Below, in pieces: positions 11,010-19,700 of a DNA stretch of 64,000 bases. Location of the stretch: the NCBI GenBank assembly GCA_050253415.1, contig JBFWJC010000001.1, positions 320,001 to 384,000 on the forward strand. The letters run 5' to 3'. Source of the stretch: Pedobacter sp. GTDB lineage: Bacteria; Desulfobacterota; Desulfuromonadia; Desulfuromonadales; Syntrophotaleaceae. A model generated the notes under the pieces. That model made no database searches, was not told where the DNA came from, and was given only the letters and a program-made list of their open reading frames with translations. The translations under genes were made by a program, and so were the position numbers. Every line of letters starts with the position of its first letter. The first letter of the stretch is position 1.

Positions 11010-12330
11010 GTGACCCCGCGGTCTTGAAGTTGGATTGGTTTCTTGAAACCGTAACTTCAAGTTCGCCGGTCCCGGCCGGCAGCCGGGTTACTTTCTTTAC
11101 TCGTCTAAAGAAAGTAACCAAAGAAATGACGTAAAATCTGGCTTCGCCGTTATGTCTGGCGCGAGCGAGTTTGCTCAGGGTAGCGTGTCTGCAAATGATA
11201 AGCGGAGCGTCTTCGTAAAGCGCATTTTTCAGCAGAGGTGATACGCATAGCTCGCAGCACAGCTGTTGCCGGAACCGGCGCTGCTTGATTTAATAAACGC
11301 TGTTGCGTTTGTTTTGAGACTTTGCCCTCGATTTCCCCTGTGACGCCGCCGGAGTGGAGCAAACGGCGGGCGAAACAGGCGGAGGACTGAGCGCAGCGAA
11401 TTTTCTCCGCCCGCCCGATGGTTGCGTAGCGCAGGGAACCCGCCGTAGGCGGGCCAGGAGAGGGGCGCACTTTTCTGCTTACTCTTTTGAGGCGTATTAA
11501 AAGAGTAAGGCGCCGGGCGGGGGCGTGACCCCGCGGTCTTGAAGTTGGATTGGTTTCTTGAAACCGTAACTTCAAGTTCGCCGGTCCCGGCCGGCAGCCG
11601 GGTTACTTTCTTTACTCGTCTAAAGAAAGTAACCAAAGAAATGACGTAAAATCTGGCTTCGCCGTTATGTCTGGCGCGAGCGAGTTTGCTCAGGGTAGCG
11701 TGTCTGCAAATGATAAGCGGAGCGTCTTCGTAAAGCGCATTTTTCAGCAGAGGTGATACGCATAGCTCGCAGCACAGCTGTTGCCGGAACCGGCGCTGCT
11801 TGATTTAATAAACGCTGTTGCGTTTGTTTTGAGACTTTGCCCTCGATTTCCCCTGTGACGCCGCCGGAGTGGAGCAAACGGCGGGCGAAACAGGCGGAGG
11901 ACTGAGCGCAGCGAATTTTCTCCGCCCGCCCGATGGTTGCGTAGCGCAGGGAACCCGCCGTAGGCGGGCCAGGAGAGGGGCGCACTTTTCTGCTTACTCT
12001 TTTGAGGCGTATTAAAAGAGTAAGGCGCCGGGCGGGGGCGTGACCCCGCGGTCTTGAAGTTGGATTGGTTTCTTGAAACCTTAACTTCAACTTCGCCGGA
12101 CCCGGCCGGCAGCCGGGTTACTTTCTTTACGCGTCTAAAGAAAGTAACCAAAGAAATGACGCAAAATCTGGCTTCGCCGTTATGTCTGGTGCGCGAGTGG
12201 TTGCCTCAAGGCACCGTACCTGCAAATGATAAACGCAGCGTCTTCGTAGGGCGCATTTTTCAGCAGAGGTGATACGCATAGCTTGCAGCACAGCTGTTGC
12301 AGGAACCGGTGCTGCTGGATTTGGTAAACG
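11010..12330. repeat. Tandem 515-bp structured non-coding repeat (two apparently identical copies plus one diverged partial copy)
   Basis: GTGACCCCGCGGTCTTGAAG starts at 11010, 11525 and 12040. Each unit has the hairpins GGTTACTTTCTTTA-N6-TAAAGAAAGTAACC and CTTACTCTTTT-N10-AAAAGAGTAAG. Confidence 0.95.
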
Positions 12331-12445
12331 CTTTTGCCATCGAACGCATTCCTTTTGTGATCCCTCCGGAGACGAGGCTATTGCAAGCAGACGCTGCAAC
12401 GTTTTACATAAACCGTTCAAGGTTCAAAGCATAAAGGAGTATCCC

Positions 12446-13417
12446 ATGAAATTTCCCGAGTACCGGGCACGTCGCACGCGCCGCACCCCGACCCTGCGGA
12501 ACATGGTTCGCGAGACCCAGTTGGCTGTGGACGATCTTATCTATCCGCTGTTCTGTGTCGAGGGCACCGACGTGTGCAATCCCATCAGCTCCATGCCCGG
12601 GGTGTGTCAGCTGTCCATCGACCGGCTGGCGGCAGAGGCCCGCGAGGTCTGGCAACTCGGTATTCCGGCGGTGATCCTGTTCGGCATTCCGGATAGCAAG
12701 GACGCCGAGGGCAGTGAGGGTACCAACGAAAACGGCATCATCCCGCGCGCCATCCGTGTCATCAAGCAGGCGGTGCCGGAGCTGATCGTGGTTACCGATG
12801 TGTGCATGTGCGAGTATACCGATCACGGCCATTGCGGCGTGATTCGCGGCGAGGAGGTCCTCAACGACCCCACCCTCCAGCTGCTATCCATGCAGGCCGT
12901 AGCCCACGCGCGTGCCGGCGCCGATATCATCGCGCCCAGCGACATGATGGACGGTCGGGTGGCGGCCATTCGCCGTGCGCTCGATACCGAGGGATTCGAC
13001 CAGTTGCCGATCATGAGTTATGCTGTCAAATATGCCAGCGCGTTTTACGGGCCGTTTCGCGAGGCGGCGGAATCGGCGCCCCAGTTCGGCGACCGCCGTT
13101 CCTATCAGATGGATCCGGCCAACCGCCGCGAGGCTCTGCGCGAGGCGCAGCTCGATGTGAACGAAAACGCCGATTTTCTTATCGTCAAGCCGGCCATGGC
13201 GTATCTGGATATCCTGCGGGATCTGCGCGAGCGGTTCGATCTGCCGCTGGTGGCCTACAACGTCTCGGGGGAATTCGCCATGCTCAAGGCGGCTGCCCAG
13301 CAGGGCTGGATCGACCATGACAAGGTGATGCTGGAGTTGTTGACCAGCATGAAACGCGCCGGTGCCGATCTGATCATCACCTATCACGCCAAGGAGGCGG
13401 CACGCCTGCTGGCATAA
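12446..13417 (+). CDS. hemB: Porphobilinogen synthase
   Basis: Motifs [39 protein letters not shown] precedes ATG 12446. Confidence 0.97.
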   Translation: MKFPEYRARRTRRTPTLRNMVRETQLAVDDLIYPLFCVEGTDVCNPISSMPGVCQLSIDRLAAEAREVWQLGIPAVILFGIPDSKDAEGSEGTNENGIIPRAIRVIKQAVPELIVVTDVCMCEYTDHGHCGVIRGEEVLNDPTLQLLSMQAVAHARAGADIIAPSDMMDGRVAAIRRALDTEGFDQLPIMSYAVKYASAFYGPFREAAESAPQFGDRRSYQMDPANRREALREAQLDVNENADFLIVKPAMAYLDILRDLRERFDLPLVAYNVSGEFAMLKAAAQQGWIDHDKVMLELLTSMKRAGADLIITYHAKEAARLLA

Positions 13418-13445
13418 ACCTGAACCTTGCAGGATTGTATGGACT

Positions 13446-14120
13446 ATGCCCGATACGCCCCGTGACGACAAAACGCTGACTCGCGTCGAAACCATTACCG
13501 CCGTAATCCATTACTATCGGGCGGAATCGGCGCGCGCGCTGGCCTGGCGCGAGCGTCTCGATCGCACCACCAACTGGGCGGTGGCAGCCACGGCGGCGTT
13601 TCTGGGGTTTGCCTTCAGCCACCCCGAGATCACCCATGCTGCCTTTATGTTCGGGCTGGCCATGGTCTACATCCTGCTCATCGTCGAGGCGCGGCGCTTC
13701 CGTTTCTACGATGCTTATGAATTTCGGGTGCGATTGCTGCACCAGGAGTTCGTTGCCAATCTGCTCAAGGGGCGGCTCGATCTGTCCGCCGAGGCGCCCT
13801 GGCGCACTGATCTTGCCGATGATCTGTTGCACCCCCGCTACAAAATGGACCTTCTGCATGCGGTCGGGCAGCGTATCCACGCCAATTACATCTACCTGTT
13901 CGGCGTGCTGCTGGGCGGCTGGTTGTTGAAGATCAAACTGCATCCCCTCATCGCACGGTCCTGGAGCCAGTACCTCGATCAGGCGGCGGTCGGCGGCCTG
14001 CCCGGCGTCTGGACTCTGTTGTTCATGGCGGTGTTTGCCGCCCATCTTGTTTATCTGCGTTACGTCGGGCAGCAGGCCAAAGGCGGTCGCGACCTGATCT
14101 ATCCCAGGCAGGGCAGCTGA
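13446..14120 (+). CDS. DUF2270-like integral membrane protein
   Basis: Motifs HYYRAE, WRERLDRTTNWA, EARRFR. Confidence 0.8.
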   Translation: MPDTPRDDKTLTRVETITAVIHYYRAESARALAWRERLDRTTNWAVAATAAFLGFAFSHPEITHAAFMFGLAMVYILLIVEARRFRFYDAYEFRVRLLHQEFVANLLKGRLDLSAEAPWRTDLADDLLHPRYKMDLLHAVGQRIHANYIYLFGVLLGGWLLKIKLHPLIARSWSQYLDQAAVGGLPGVWTLLFMAVFAAHLVYLRYVGQQAKGGRDLIYPRQGS

Positions 14121-14169
14121 ACATGCTGTTTGCCATACCTGACACCATCTTCCATCGGAAACATACTGC

Positions 14170-15471
14170 ATGACTGAATATTTCAAGGATACCCTGGCCA
14201 ACGGACTGCGACTGGTCACGGTGGAAATGCCGCATCTGCACAGCGTCGAGATGGTCTGCCACGTCGGCGTCGGCGGACGCCACGAGCAGCACGACAAGGC
14301 CGGTATTTCACACTTTCTGGAACACATGCTGTTTCGCGGCACCCATGACTATCCCACGGGGCTGGCGCTGGAATCGGCTTTCGAGGCTCTTGGCGGCACC
14401 GCCAACGCCGCCACCGACGGCGAGACCACCTGCTACCATTCACGCCTGCATCCCGAGCACGTGGCCGAGGGCACCGCGATATTCGCCTCCCTGTTGCGCC
14501 GCACGCTGCTCAGCGATATAGACATCGAACGCCGCATCATCCTCGAGGAGGCCCTTGAAGACCTCAACGAAGCCGGCGAAGAGATCAATCCGGACAATTT
14601 GACCTGCAGCCTGCTGTGGCCGGATCACCCCTTGAGCCTGCCGACCGTCGGCACCCACGAATCGGTGCAGAACCTGACCCGCGAGGACCTACAGCAGCAT
14701 CTCGACACCTGGTACACCCCCGGCAATATCGTCATCGCCATCGCCGGCCGCGTCACCCGCGAGCAGGCCCTGGCCGCCGTCGAAGCCGCCTTCGGCGACT
14801 GGCAGGATCGCCCCGTGCCCACCGCACTGCCCGCTCCGACGCCGCTCGATAACGGTCCGTTGACCGTCTGGACGCGCGACGCCTCTTCGCAGATCCAGCT
14901 GCAACTGGCGTTTAATGTACCCGGCCGTAACGATCCGCGCACCCCGGCGCTGCGCCTGATCCGGCGCATCCTGTCCGGCAGCAGCGCGCGCCTGATGGTG
15001 CGCCTGCGGGAGCAGCTCGGACTTACCTACCATGCCGAAGCCAACCTCGGGCTGTACGACGATTGCGGCGTGTTTTCCATCGACCTCGCGGTGGCCCCGA
15101 CCAGCTTGATGCAGGCCTTGCAGGAAGTGCTGCTGATGCTGGACGATCTGCGCAACAACCCCGCCGGAGAAGAAGAACTGCAGCGGGTGGTGCGCACCTT
15201 CGTGTACGAACAGGAATTCAGCCTCGATCAGGCCGACACCCGCGCCGGTCGCTTCGGCTGGGGCGAACTGGTCGGCTATCCCCTGACCCTGGCCGAAGAA
15301 TGCCGCCAGGTGCAGGCCCTGACCGCCGCCCAGGTACGCGATGTCGCCGCCCAACTGCTCGATCCCAAGGCTCTGGCCGTGGCGTTTGTCGGGCCGTTTA
15401 ATGCGCGTCAGCGTAAAGAGGTGGAGAAGCTGCTGGCAGGGTATGTGGATAAGAAGAGCAAAGCTATTTAA
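14170..15471 (+). CDS. M16 (pitrilysin) family zinc peptidase
   Basis: HxxEH motif (GISHFLEHMLFRGT) and LREQLGLTY. Confidence 0.92.
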   Translation: MTEYFKDTLANGLRLVTVEMPHLHSVEMVCHVGVGGRHEQHDKAGISHFLEHMLFRGTHDYPTGLALESAFEALGGTANAATDGETTCYHSRLHPEHVAEGTAIFASLLRRTLLSDIDIERRIILEEALEDLNEAGEEINPDNLTCSLLWPDHPLSLPTVGTHESVQNLTREDLQQHLDTWYTPGNIVIAIAGRVTREQALAAVEAAFGDWQDRPVPTALPAPTPLDNGPLTVWTRDASSQIQLQLAFNVPGRNDPRTPALRLIRRILSGSSARLMVRLREQLGLTYHAEANLGLYDDCGVFSIDLAVAPTSLMQALQEVLLMLDDLRNNPAGEEELQRVVRTFVYEQEFSLDQADTRAGRFGWGELVGYPLTLAEECRQVQALTAAQVRDVAAQLLDPKALAVAFVGPFNARQRKEVEKLLAGYVDKKSKAI

Positions 15472-15549
15472 CCGCTGAGTACGCCGAGTTCGCGGAGATA
15501 AGCATGTGATTTAAGGATGTGCCCTCCGCGGTCTTTGCGATCTCATCGG
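15468..15549. repeat. Degenerate CGCAGAG-type 9-bp-period palindromic repeat
   Basis: AACCGCTGAGTACGCCGAGTTCGCGGAG ... CTCCGCGGTCTTTGCGATCTC. Same family as the outer arms at 63168-63422. Confidence 0.6.
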
Positions 15550-15601
15550 AGAGATGCTTGTCTTTTGGGATGGTTAGCACAGGCTTCAAACATTAGAATA
15601 T

Positions 15602-15741
15602 TTGACAGGTCAAGTTCTTTGCCGGTATTTATGAATGCGTTTTTAATTCGATGCCGGAGGGGACATGCAGTTGGTGCGTCAGCCCAGAGTCAATAAATCA
15701 GAGCCGCTTGGCCGGATATAATCCGGTGGGCGGCTCTTTTT
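15602..15741 (+). promoter_or_regulatory. Putative promoter, 21-codon ORF and intrinsic terminator upstream of the cassette array
   Basis: TTGACA at 15602, ORF from ATG 15631 to TAA 15696, hairpin AGAGCCGC...GCGGCTCT followed by a T-run (15700-15741). Confidence 0.5.
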
Positions 15742-15868
15742 GTTGCGATATTCGGGGACTATCAGTAGGTAGAAAAATGGAGAGGATATTTTCCACTTTT
15801 ACTCCTTTAATAATTCAATAAGTGGAAAATAGTCCATGCTATAGGGGTGATATGATGGAAAATTTTCC

Positions 15869-15890
15869 ACTTAACAACAATGTTGAAATC
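15869..15890 (+). other. Putative attI-like site and start of the first cassette
   Basis: ACTTAAC-AACAAT-GTTGAAATC. GTTGAAATC (15882-15890) is the exact reverse complement of GATTTCAAC (16183-16191) at the first attC. Confidence 0.6.
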
Positions 15891-15903
15891 TCCAGGGAGA
15901 AAT

Positions 15904-16215
15904 ATGAAAAATTATATTTTGGCTTTCTTTTGTTTTGCCATACCAGCATACCTTCTCTCAGGTTTGTTCGGGCTTGCTCCTTACCTAAAAATGCTAGGCC
16001 CTGCTCAACTTGCTATAAAGCTCATGCTTCTTGGTGGTTTTGTTTTTGTTCTAGTGTCGTTTTGGAAACTGGAGAGCCTCACCACGGATGATAAGCTTTT
16101 TTGGACAATAGGCACTCTGTTCGTAGTGCCTATAGGTCTTCCTTTGCTTTATTTCAAACTTAGCAAAGAGATGCAGCAGACCGATTTCAACCAAGCGGTG
16201 CACTCGGACGGGTGA
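15904..16215 (+). CDS. Cassette 1: small membrane protein
   Basis: Three hydrophobic stretches. AGGGAG precedes ATG 15904. The stop lies inside the attC. Confidence 0.75.
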   Translation: MKNYILAFFCFAIPAYLLSGLFGLAPYLKMLGPAQLAIKLMLLGGFVFVLVSFWKLESLTTDDKLFWTIGTLFVVPIGLPLLYFKLSKEMQQTDFNQAVHSDG

Positions 16216-16289
16216 AACAGGGGCGATTCTCGTTTAGGTGTCTACCTGGCCTTACCGTCTCGTCGCCGCCGGTGACCTCAACGTTAGGC
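16185..16289 (+). other. attC site 1
   Basis: TTTCAAC...GTGCACTCGGAC...GCCGGTGAC...GTTAGGC. Confidence 0.85.
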
Positions 16290-16293
16290 GTCT

Positions 16294-16770
16294 ATGAGAC
16301 TACATATCCTTGTCCTTGCATTAGCTGTTTTCGTAGCAGTAAGCTGCTCAGCAGCGAAGCACGCCGACATTTTTGCTCAGTCAAAATGTAAGAAAGGCTA
16401 TGAGTATTACTTTCTTAACCGGGCCGCTTCAGGCGGTGACCTATTCGGGGTCCAATTGCTTCTTGAAGGCGGTGCCAACGTTGATGGACTTGGCTATGAA
16501 AACTACATCGAATTTGGTGGCGGCATGGAATACAGCTCACCGTTAATGGTCGCGGTCTTCGTTTACGCTCACGAAGCTATGGAGGGAGATCCTAAGAGAG
16601 TTGATCGTGCGTCTGTGCTCAAGGAATCGGAAGAAATGGTTGAGTTACTTCTCAAGCACGGGGCCAATCCAAATATCAAGGAAGGAGAAGGAGGCACACC
16701 GCTTGATATAGCAAAGCAGCTCAAGCACGAACACTCCATTCGGTTGCTTGAAAAGTATGGAGCGAAATAA
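16294..16770 (+). CDS. Cassette 2: ankyrin-repeat lipoprotein
   Basis: Lipobox-like AVSC. Ankyrin motifs LLLEGGANVD, SPLMVA, LLKHGANPN, TPLDIA. Confidence 0.85.
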   Translation: MRLHILVLALAVFVAVSCSAAKHADIFAQSKCKKGYEYYFLNRAASGGDLFGVQLLLEGGANVDGLGYENYIEFGGGMEYSSPLMVAVFVYAHEAMEGDPKRVDRASVLKESEEMVELLLKHGANPNIKEGEGGTPLDIAKQLKHEHSIRLLEKYGAK

Positions 16771-16771
16771 T

Positions 16772-16888
16772 GCCTAACAAGTTTATCAAGCGGATGGAAA
16801 ATAGCAGGGTGCTTCCCGAGAAACAAAATCAAATTGCGGTAGTAGGCCGAACCGTCGCGTCGCCACCGCTTATCGCCAAACGTTAGGA
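16772..16888 (+). other. attC site 2
   Basis: GCCTAAC...ATCAAGCGGA...CCGCTTAT...GTTAGGA. Confidence 0.9.
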
Positions 16889-16894
16889 TTTTAA

Positions 16895-17467
16895 GTGAAA
16901 AAAATCATTCTCGTCTTATTGCTACTTCTTATTTCTGTTCCTGTGGCTGCCGAAATTGAGAAAAATGCTATCCCTAGTGAGAATGGTTTTGATTTGTATT
17001 GGTGGCCAGTTTTGCCCAAAGTTGATGGATGGCATCAAGATGAGGGTAGTAGTTATCGGTATAGCGCGAACACACAAGCTCCCGACGGGGCAGCTTTTTC
17101 AAATGCTGAATCAGTAATATATGCAAAGGCGCTTTATAAACCCAGGATGCCAGACACAAAGTCATTAGAGCAATTCATCGCCGAAGACATAGAAGAGTTC
17201 AAGAAATCTCAGAGTGCTTTGGCAATTGAAAAGTCTGGATTGATCAAAACGAAAGACAATAAAACCCTAGAAACATATAGATTTTCCCCAAAGGGTGAGG
17301 GCAATTGGGAAAAGGTTGCGTATGGCGAAGAGGGTGACTTTTATTTGGTCTTCACCCTGTCGTCAAGGACCGAACAGGGCTACACAGCCACTCTGCCCAC
17401 GTTTAAAGAGTTTATTCAAAACTACGAAGAGCATCCTAACCACCAGATCAAGGCGGACGAAAAATAG
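16895..17467 (+). CDS. Cassette 3: secreted hypothetical protein
   Basis: Signal peptide MKKIILVLLLLLISVPVAA with a GTG start. Confidence 0.8.
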   Translation: MKKIILVLLLLLISVPVAAEIEKNAIPSENGFDLYWWPVLPKVDGWHQDEGSSYRYSANTQAPDGAAFSNAESVIYAKALYKPRMPDTKSLEQFIAEDIEEFKKSQSALAIEKSGLIKTKDNKTLETYRFSPKGEGNWEKVAYGEEGDFYLVFTLSSRTEQGYTATLPTFKEFIQNYEEHPNHQIKADEK

Positions 17468-17544
17468 CTGGGTGCGTCCCGAAAGGCAAAATTTCGGTGG
17501 TGCCCGTACAGGCGCGTCGTCGCCGCTTATCTCAAACGTTAGGC
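17434..17544 (+). other. attC site 3
   Basis: TCCTAAC (complement of the preceding GTTAGGA)...ATCAAGGCGGAC...GCCGCTTAT...GTTAGGC. Confidence 0.92.
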
Positions 17545-17556
17545 TCTTTAATAATT

Positions 17557-17898
17557 ATGATTCCAGACCATATTCCAGTAATTGACATTAGTTATCACTA
17601 TGGCGCGAACAAAAATAAAGACTATAGAGAGAAGTGCTTACAAATAGGCACGGCAATAATTACGGTATTTTCAGAATTTGAATTTATTGAAAATAATCAA
17701 GTAGCAATATCTAGACAAAAAGAATCACCTGAATCATTCAAGCTTACTTTTGGGGAACTTTCCGACACAGGGCATCAGTTCTGTATCGAACATTTAGACA
17801 AATGGCTTTCATCTCTCGACAGGCTTAAGGATCGTTCCGAAAGCAATTATATTAAGACTCTGCGAAATAGAGCCCTAAAATTTAAAAAATCAGCCTAA
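17557..17898 (+). CDS. Cassette 4: hypothetical protein
   Basis: Starts at the first ATG after the attC. The stop TAA lies within GCCTAAC. Confidence 0.75.
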   Translation: MIPDHIPVIDISYHYGANKNKDYREKCLQIGTAIITVFSEFEFIENNQVAISRQKESPESFKLTFGELSDTGHQFCIEHLDKWLSSLDRLKDRSESNYIKTLRNRALKFKKSA

Positions 17899-17999
17899 CC
17901 AGCGCATCAAGGCGGACGAAAAATAGCTTGGAGGTTCTCGAATGCATTCTACTCAATTGATCCGGCGCGTCGTCGCCGCTTATGCGTAACCCGTTAGCC
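17893..17999 (+). other. attC site 4
   Basis: GCCTAAC...ATCAAGGCGGACGAAAAATAGC...GGCGCGTCGTCGCCGCTTAT...GTTAGCC. Ends are shared with attC3. Confidence 0.92.
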
Positions 18000-18008
18000 G
18001 TCTATATA

Positions 18009-18635
18009 ATGCCTATGATTGAAATTTACCCATTTGAAGATCGTGCAAAGTTAATAATAAACGGTGAAGAATGCCGAGAATTTGAACTTGATGAAATTTA
18101 CGGATTGCCTTGCTATCGCCTTGAAGGTGAGACTTCAGTTGAAGACTTGTTTAATATCCCTCTTGACAAGTTTCCGAATGATACGACATTTGAGGTCAAT
18201 TCAAGAAAGGAGATCCTTCAATACTTCAAGTTTTTCGAGTTAACAAGAAAAGGTGACATCTTTTACACATCCTTTGTTTGCTCCTTGTACCCACTCGAAT
18301 GGAGCTTTCCCTGGAACATAAATTCTTTCTTCAAAGCAATTGAAGAGGCAACATATGCCATCGCAGGCAATGGAGCCGACTTCATAAATGAGCTTGACGA
18401 GGACTTTAGTTATTATCACTTTTGTATAAATTTAAAAACCGAGGCAAACAAGGTTTGTCTTGGCGAAATCATAAAGAAGCATGTAAACACTATTAAAAAA
18501 ATACATGATTCAACCTGCTCTAAATTGGAGCGCGATAGCAAGAATGAGGACATAATAGAAATCAAACCAAACTTTTTTGGGCTTGGCATCAATGTAAATG
18601 CTCTTTTTCGATGGTTGTTCAAAAGAAATGGCTAA
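18009..18635 (+). CDS. Cassette 5: hypothetical protein
   Basis: ORF lies between GTTAGCC and GGCTAAC. Confidence 0.75.
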   Translation: MPMIEIYPFEDRAKLIINGEECREFELDEIYGLPCYRLEGETSVEDLFNIPLDKFPNDTTFEVNSRKEILQYFKFFELTRKGDIFYTSFVCSLYPLEWSFPWNINSFFKAIEEATYAIAGNGADFINELDEDFSYYHFCINLKTEANKVCLGEIIKKHVNTIKKIHDSTCSKLERDSKNEDIIEIKPNFFGLGINVNALFRWLFKRNG

Positions 18636-18734
18636 CCATTTGATCGAGCGGGACGAAAGAAAGCTGGCTGCTTCCCGAAAAATGAGGTGCTGGCCGCCCA
18701 GGTATACCGTCGCCCCTCATCAGTGACGTTAGGC
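18630..18734 (+). other. attC site 5
   Basis: GGCTAAC...ATCGAGCGGGAC...GCCCCTCAT...GTTAGGC. Confidence 0.9.
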
Positions 18735-18746
18735 GTTAAAAATTAA

Positions 18747-19166
18747 ATGAGAATCACAAAGAAAGGAAAATTTGGTTCTGAATTAATGCGACTTGTCGCA
18801 AGCAAATTGCGTCTTGGCAGAAATCTCGTCAGCAACCACCGAGATTATTGTGGCTATGGTTTGTTCTACGAAAACAATCAATATAATATGGGCATTGCTC
18901 ATGACGGCACATTTGACCAAAAAGAAATCATTCATTCATGGAACAAAACAGAAGAGTTTATAGCCTACTTTGCACCACTTACAGACTTTAAGTGCAGTGG
19001 AAAAGCAAAGGAGGAATTGTTTTCAAACGGCCCAATAGAAAATCAAAGAATAACAAAATCAAGGTTAATCGAATTTTTAGGTGAGTACGGGTTATGCCCC
19101 ACTTGCAATGAAATATTATTCAGCACAAAAGCAATACAATGTCCACATTGCAAAGTAAAATGGTAA
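18747..19166 (+). CDS. Cassette 6: hypothetical protein with a C-terminal zinc ribbon
   Basis: CPTC...CPHC at the C-terminus. Confidence 0.75.
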   Translation: MRITKKGKFGSELMRLVASKLRLGRNLVSNHRDYCGYGLFYENNQYNMGIAHDGTFDQKEIIHSWNKTEEFIAYFAPLTDFKCSGKAKEELFSNGPIENQRITKSRLIEFLGEYGLCPTCNEILFSTKAIQCPHCKVKW

Positions 19167-19204
19167 AAAACGCCTAACACTTATCAGGCCCCCGGCCGTC
19201 AAGA

Positions 19205-19700
19205 GTAAAAAATTCCGTTAACGCAAAAGATTGCTCCTTTGGTTCTTTGACAAGCGACTGATCAAACAGGCTTACCGGTCTCTGACTTGGGCTTACCCTC
19301 TGGCTGCAGACGAATTCTGCTCCAAACACTTATCGAGGCTCTTTATGCAGGAGCCGGTATTCGTTGCCCCGGTACTTCCTGCCGCCTGGAAACACTTGCG
19401 TAACCTTATGCCGTCCCATTCAATACATCGGGGTCCATCCACCTTCGATGGCCGCAGTTAGGTGCGGGATCGGGGAAGGGGCAGAATCCGGCGCTGGCCC
19501 GTTTCGAGCATCGCACGAAAGTATGTGGGAGCGAGACGGATCTCCAATCAAAACCAATTGGCTGACGCTGGTCGACTGATCATGCGGCCTTGGTTGCGGA
19601 GTCTTTGCTCCAGAAGTCTGCGCTTCATATCGGCCGTTCTTGCGATCTATCCGTGGTTTGTGTCGCCAGTTAGACTCTCAGGCTGACCCGTCCCCTCCCT
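19205..19700 (-). ncRNA. Putative bridge/seekRNA region of the IS1111-type element (RNA boundaries unknown)
   Basis: Lies downstream of the transposase and contains segments matching attC ends and the donor junction (see findings). Confidence 0.65.

Noticed and set aside
11010..12330. CRISPR array, or the repeated 135-141 aa minus-strand ORFs as real genes
   Set aside because: The period is 515 bp with no unique spacers and no cas genes. The ORFs have no recognisable motif and simply recur with the repeat.
15471..15882. Integron integrase upstream of the array
   Set aside because: The gap is only about 400 bp, and no tyrosine-recombinase motif was recognised in it or in any ORF of the track.
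19231..19686. Short + strand ORFs inside the IS
   Set aside because: They use non-ATG starts and have no motifs. The region is better explained as the element's non-coding RNA segment.
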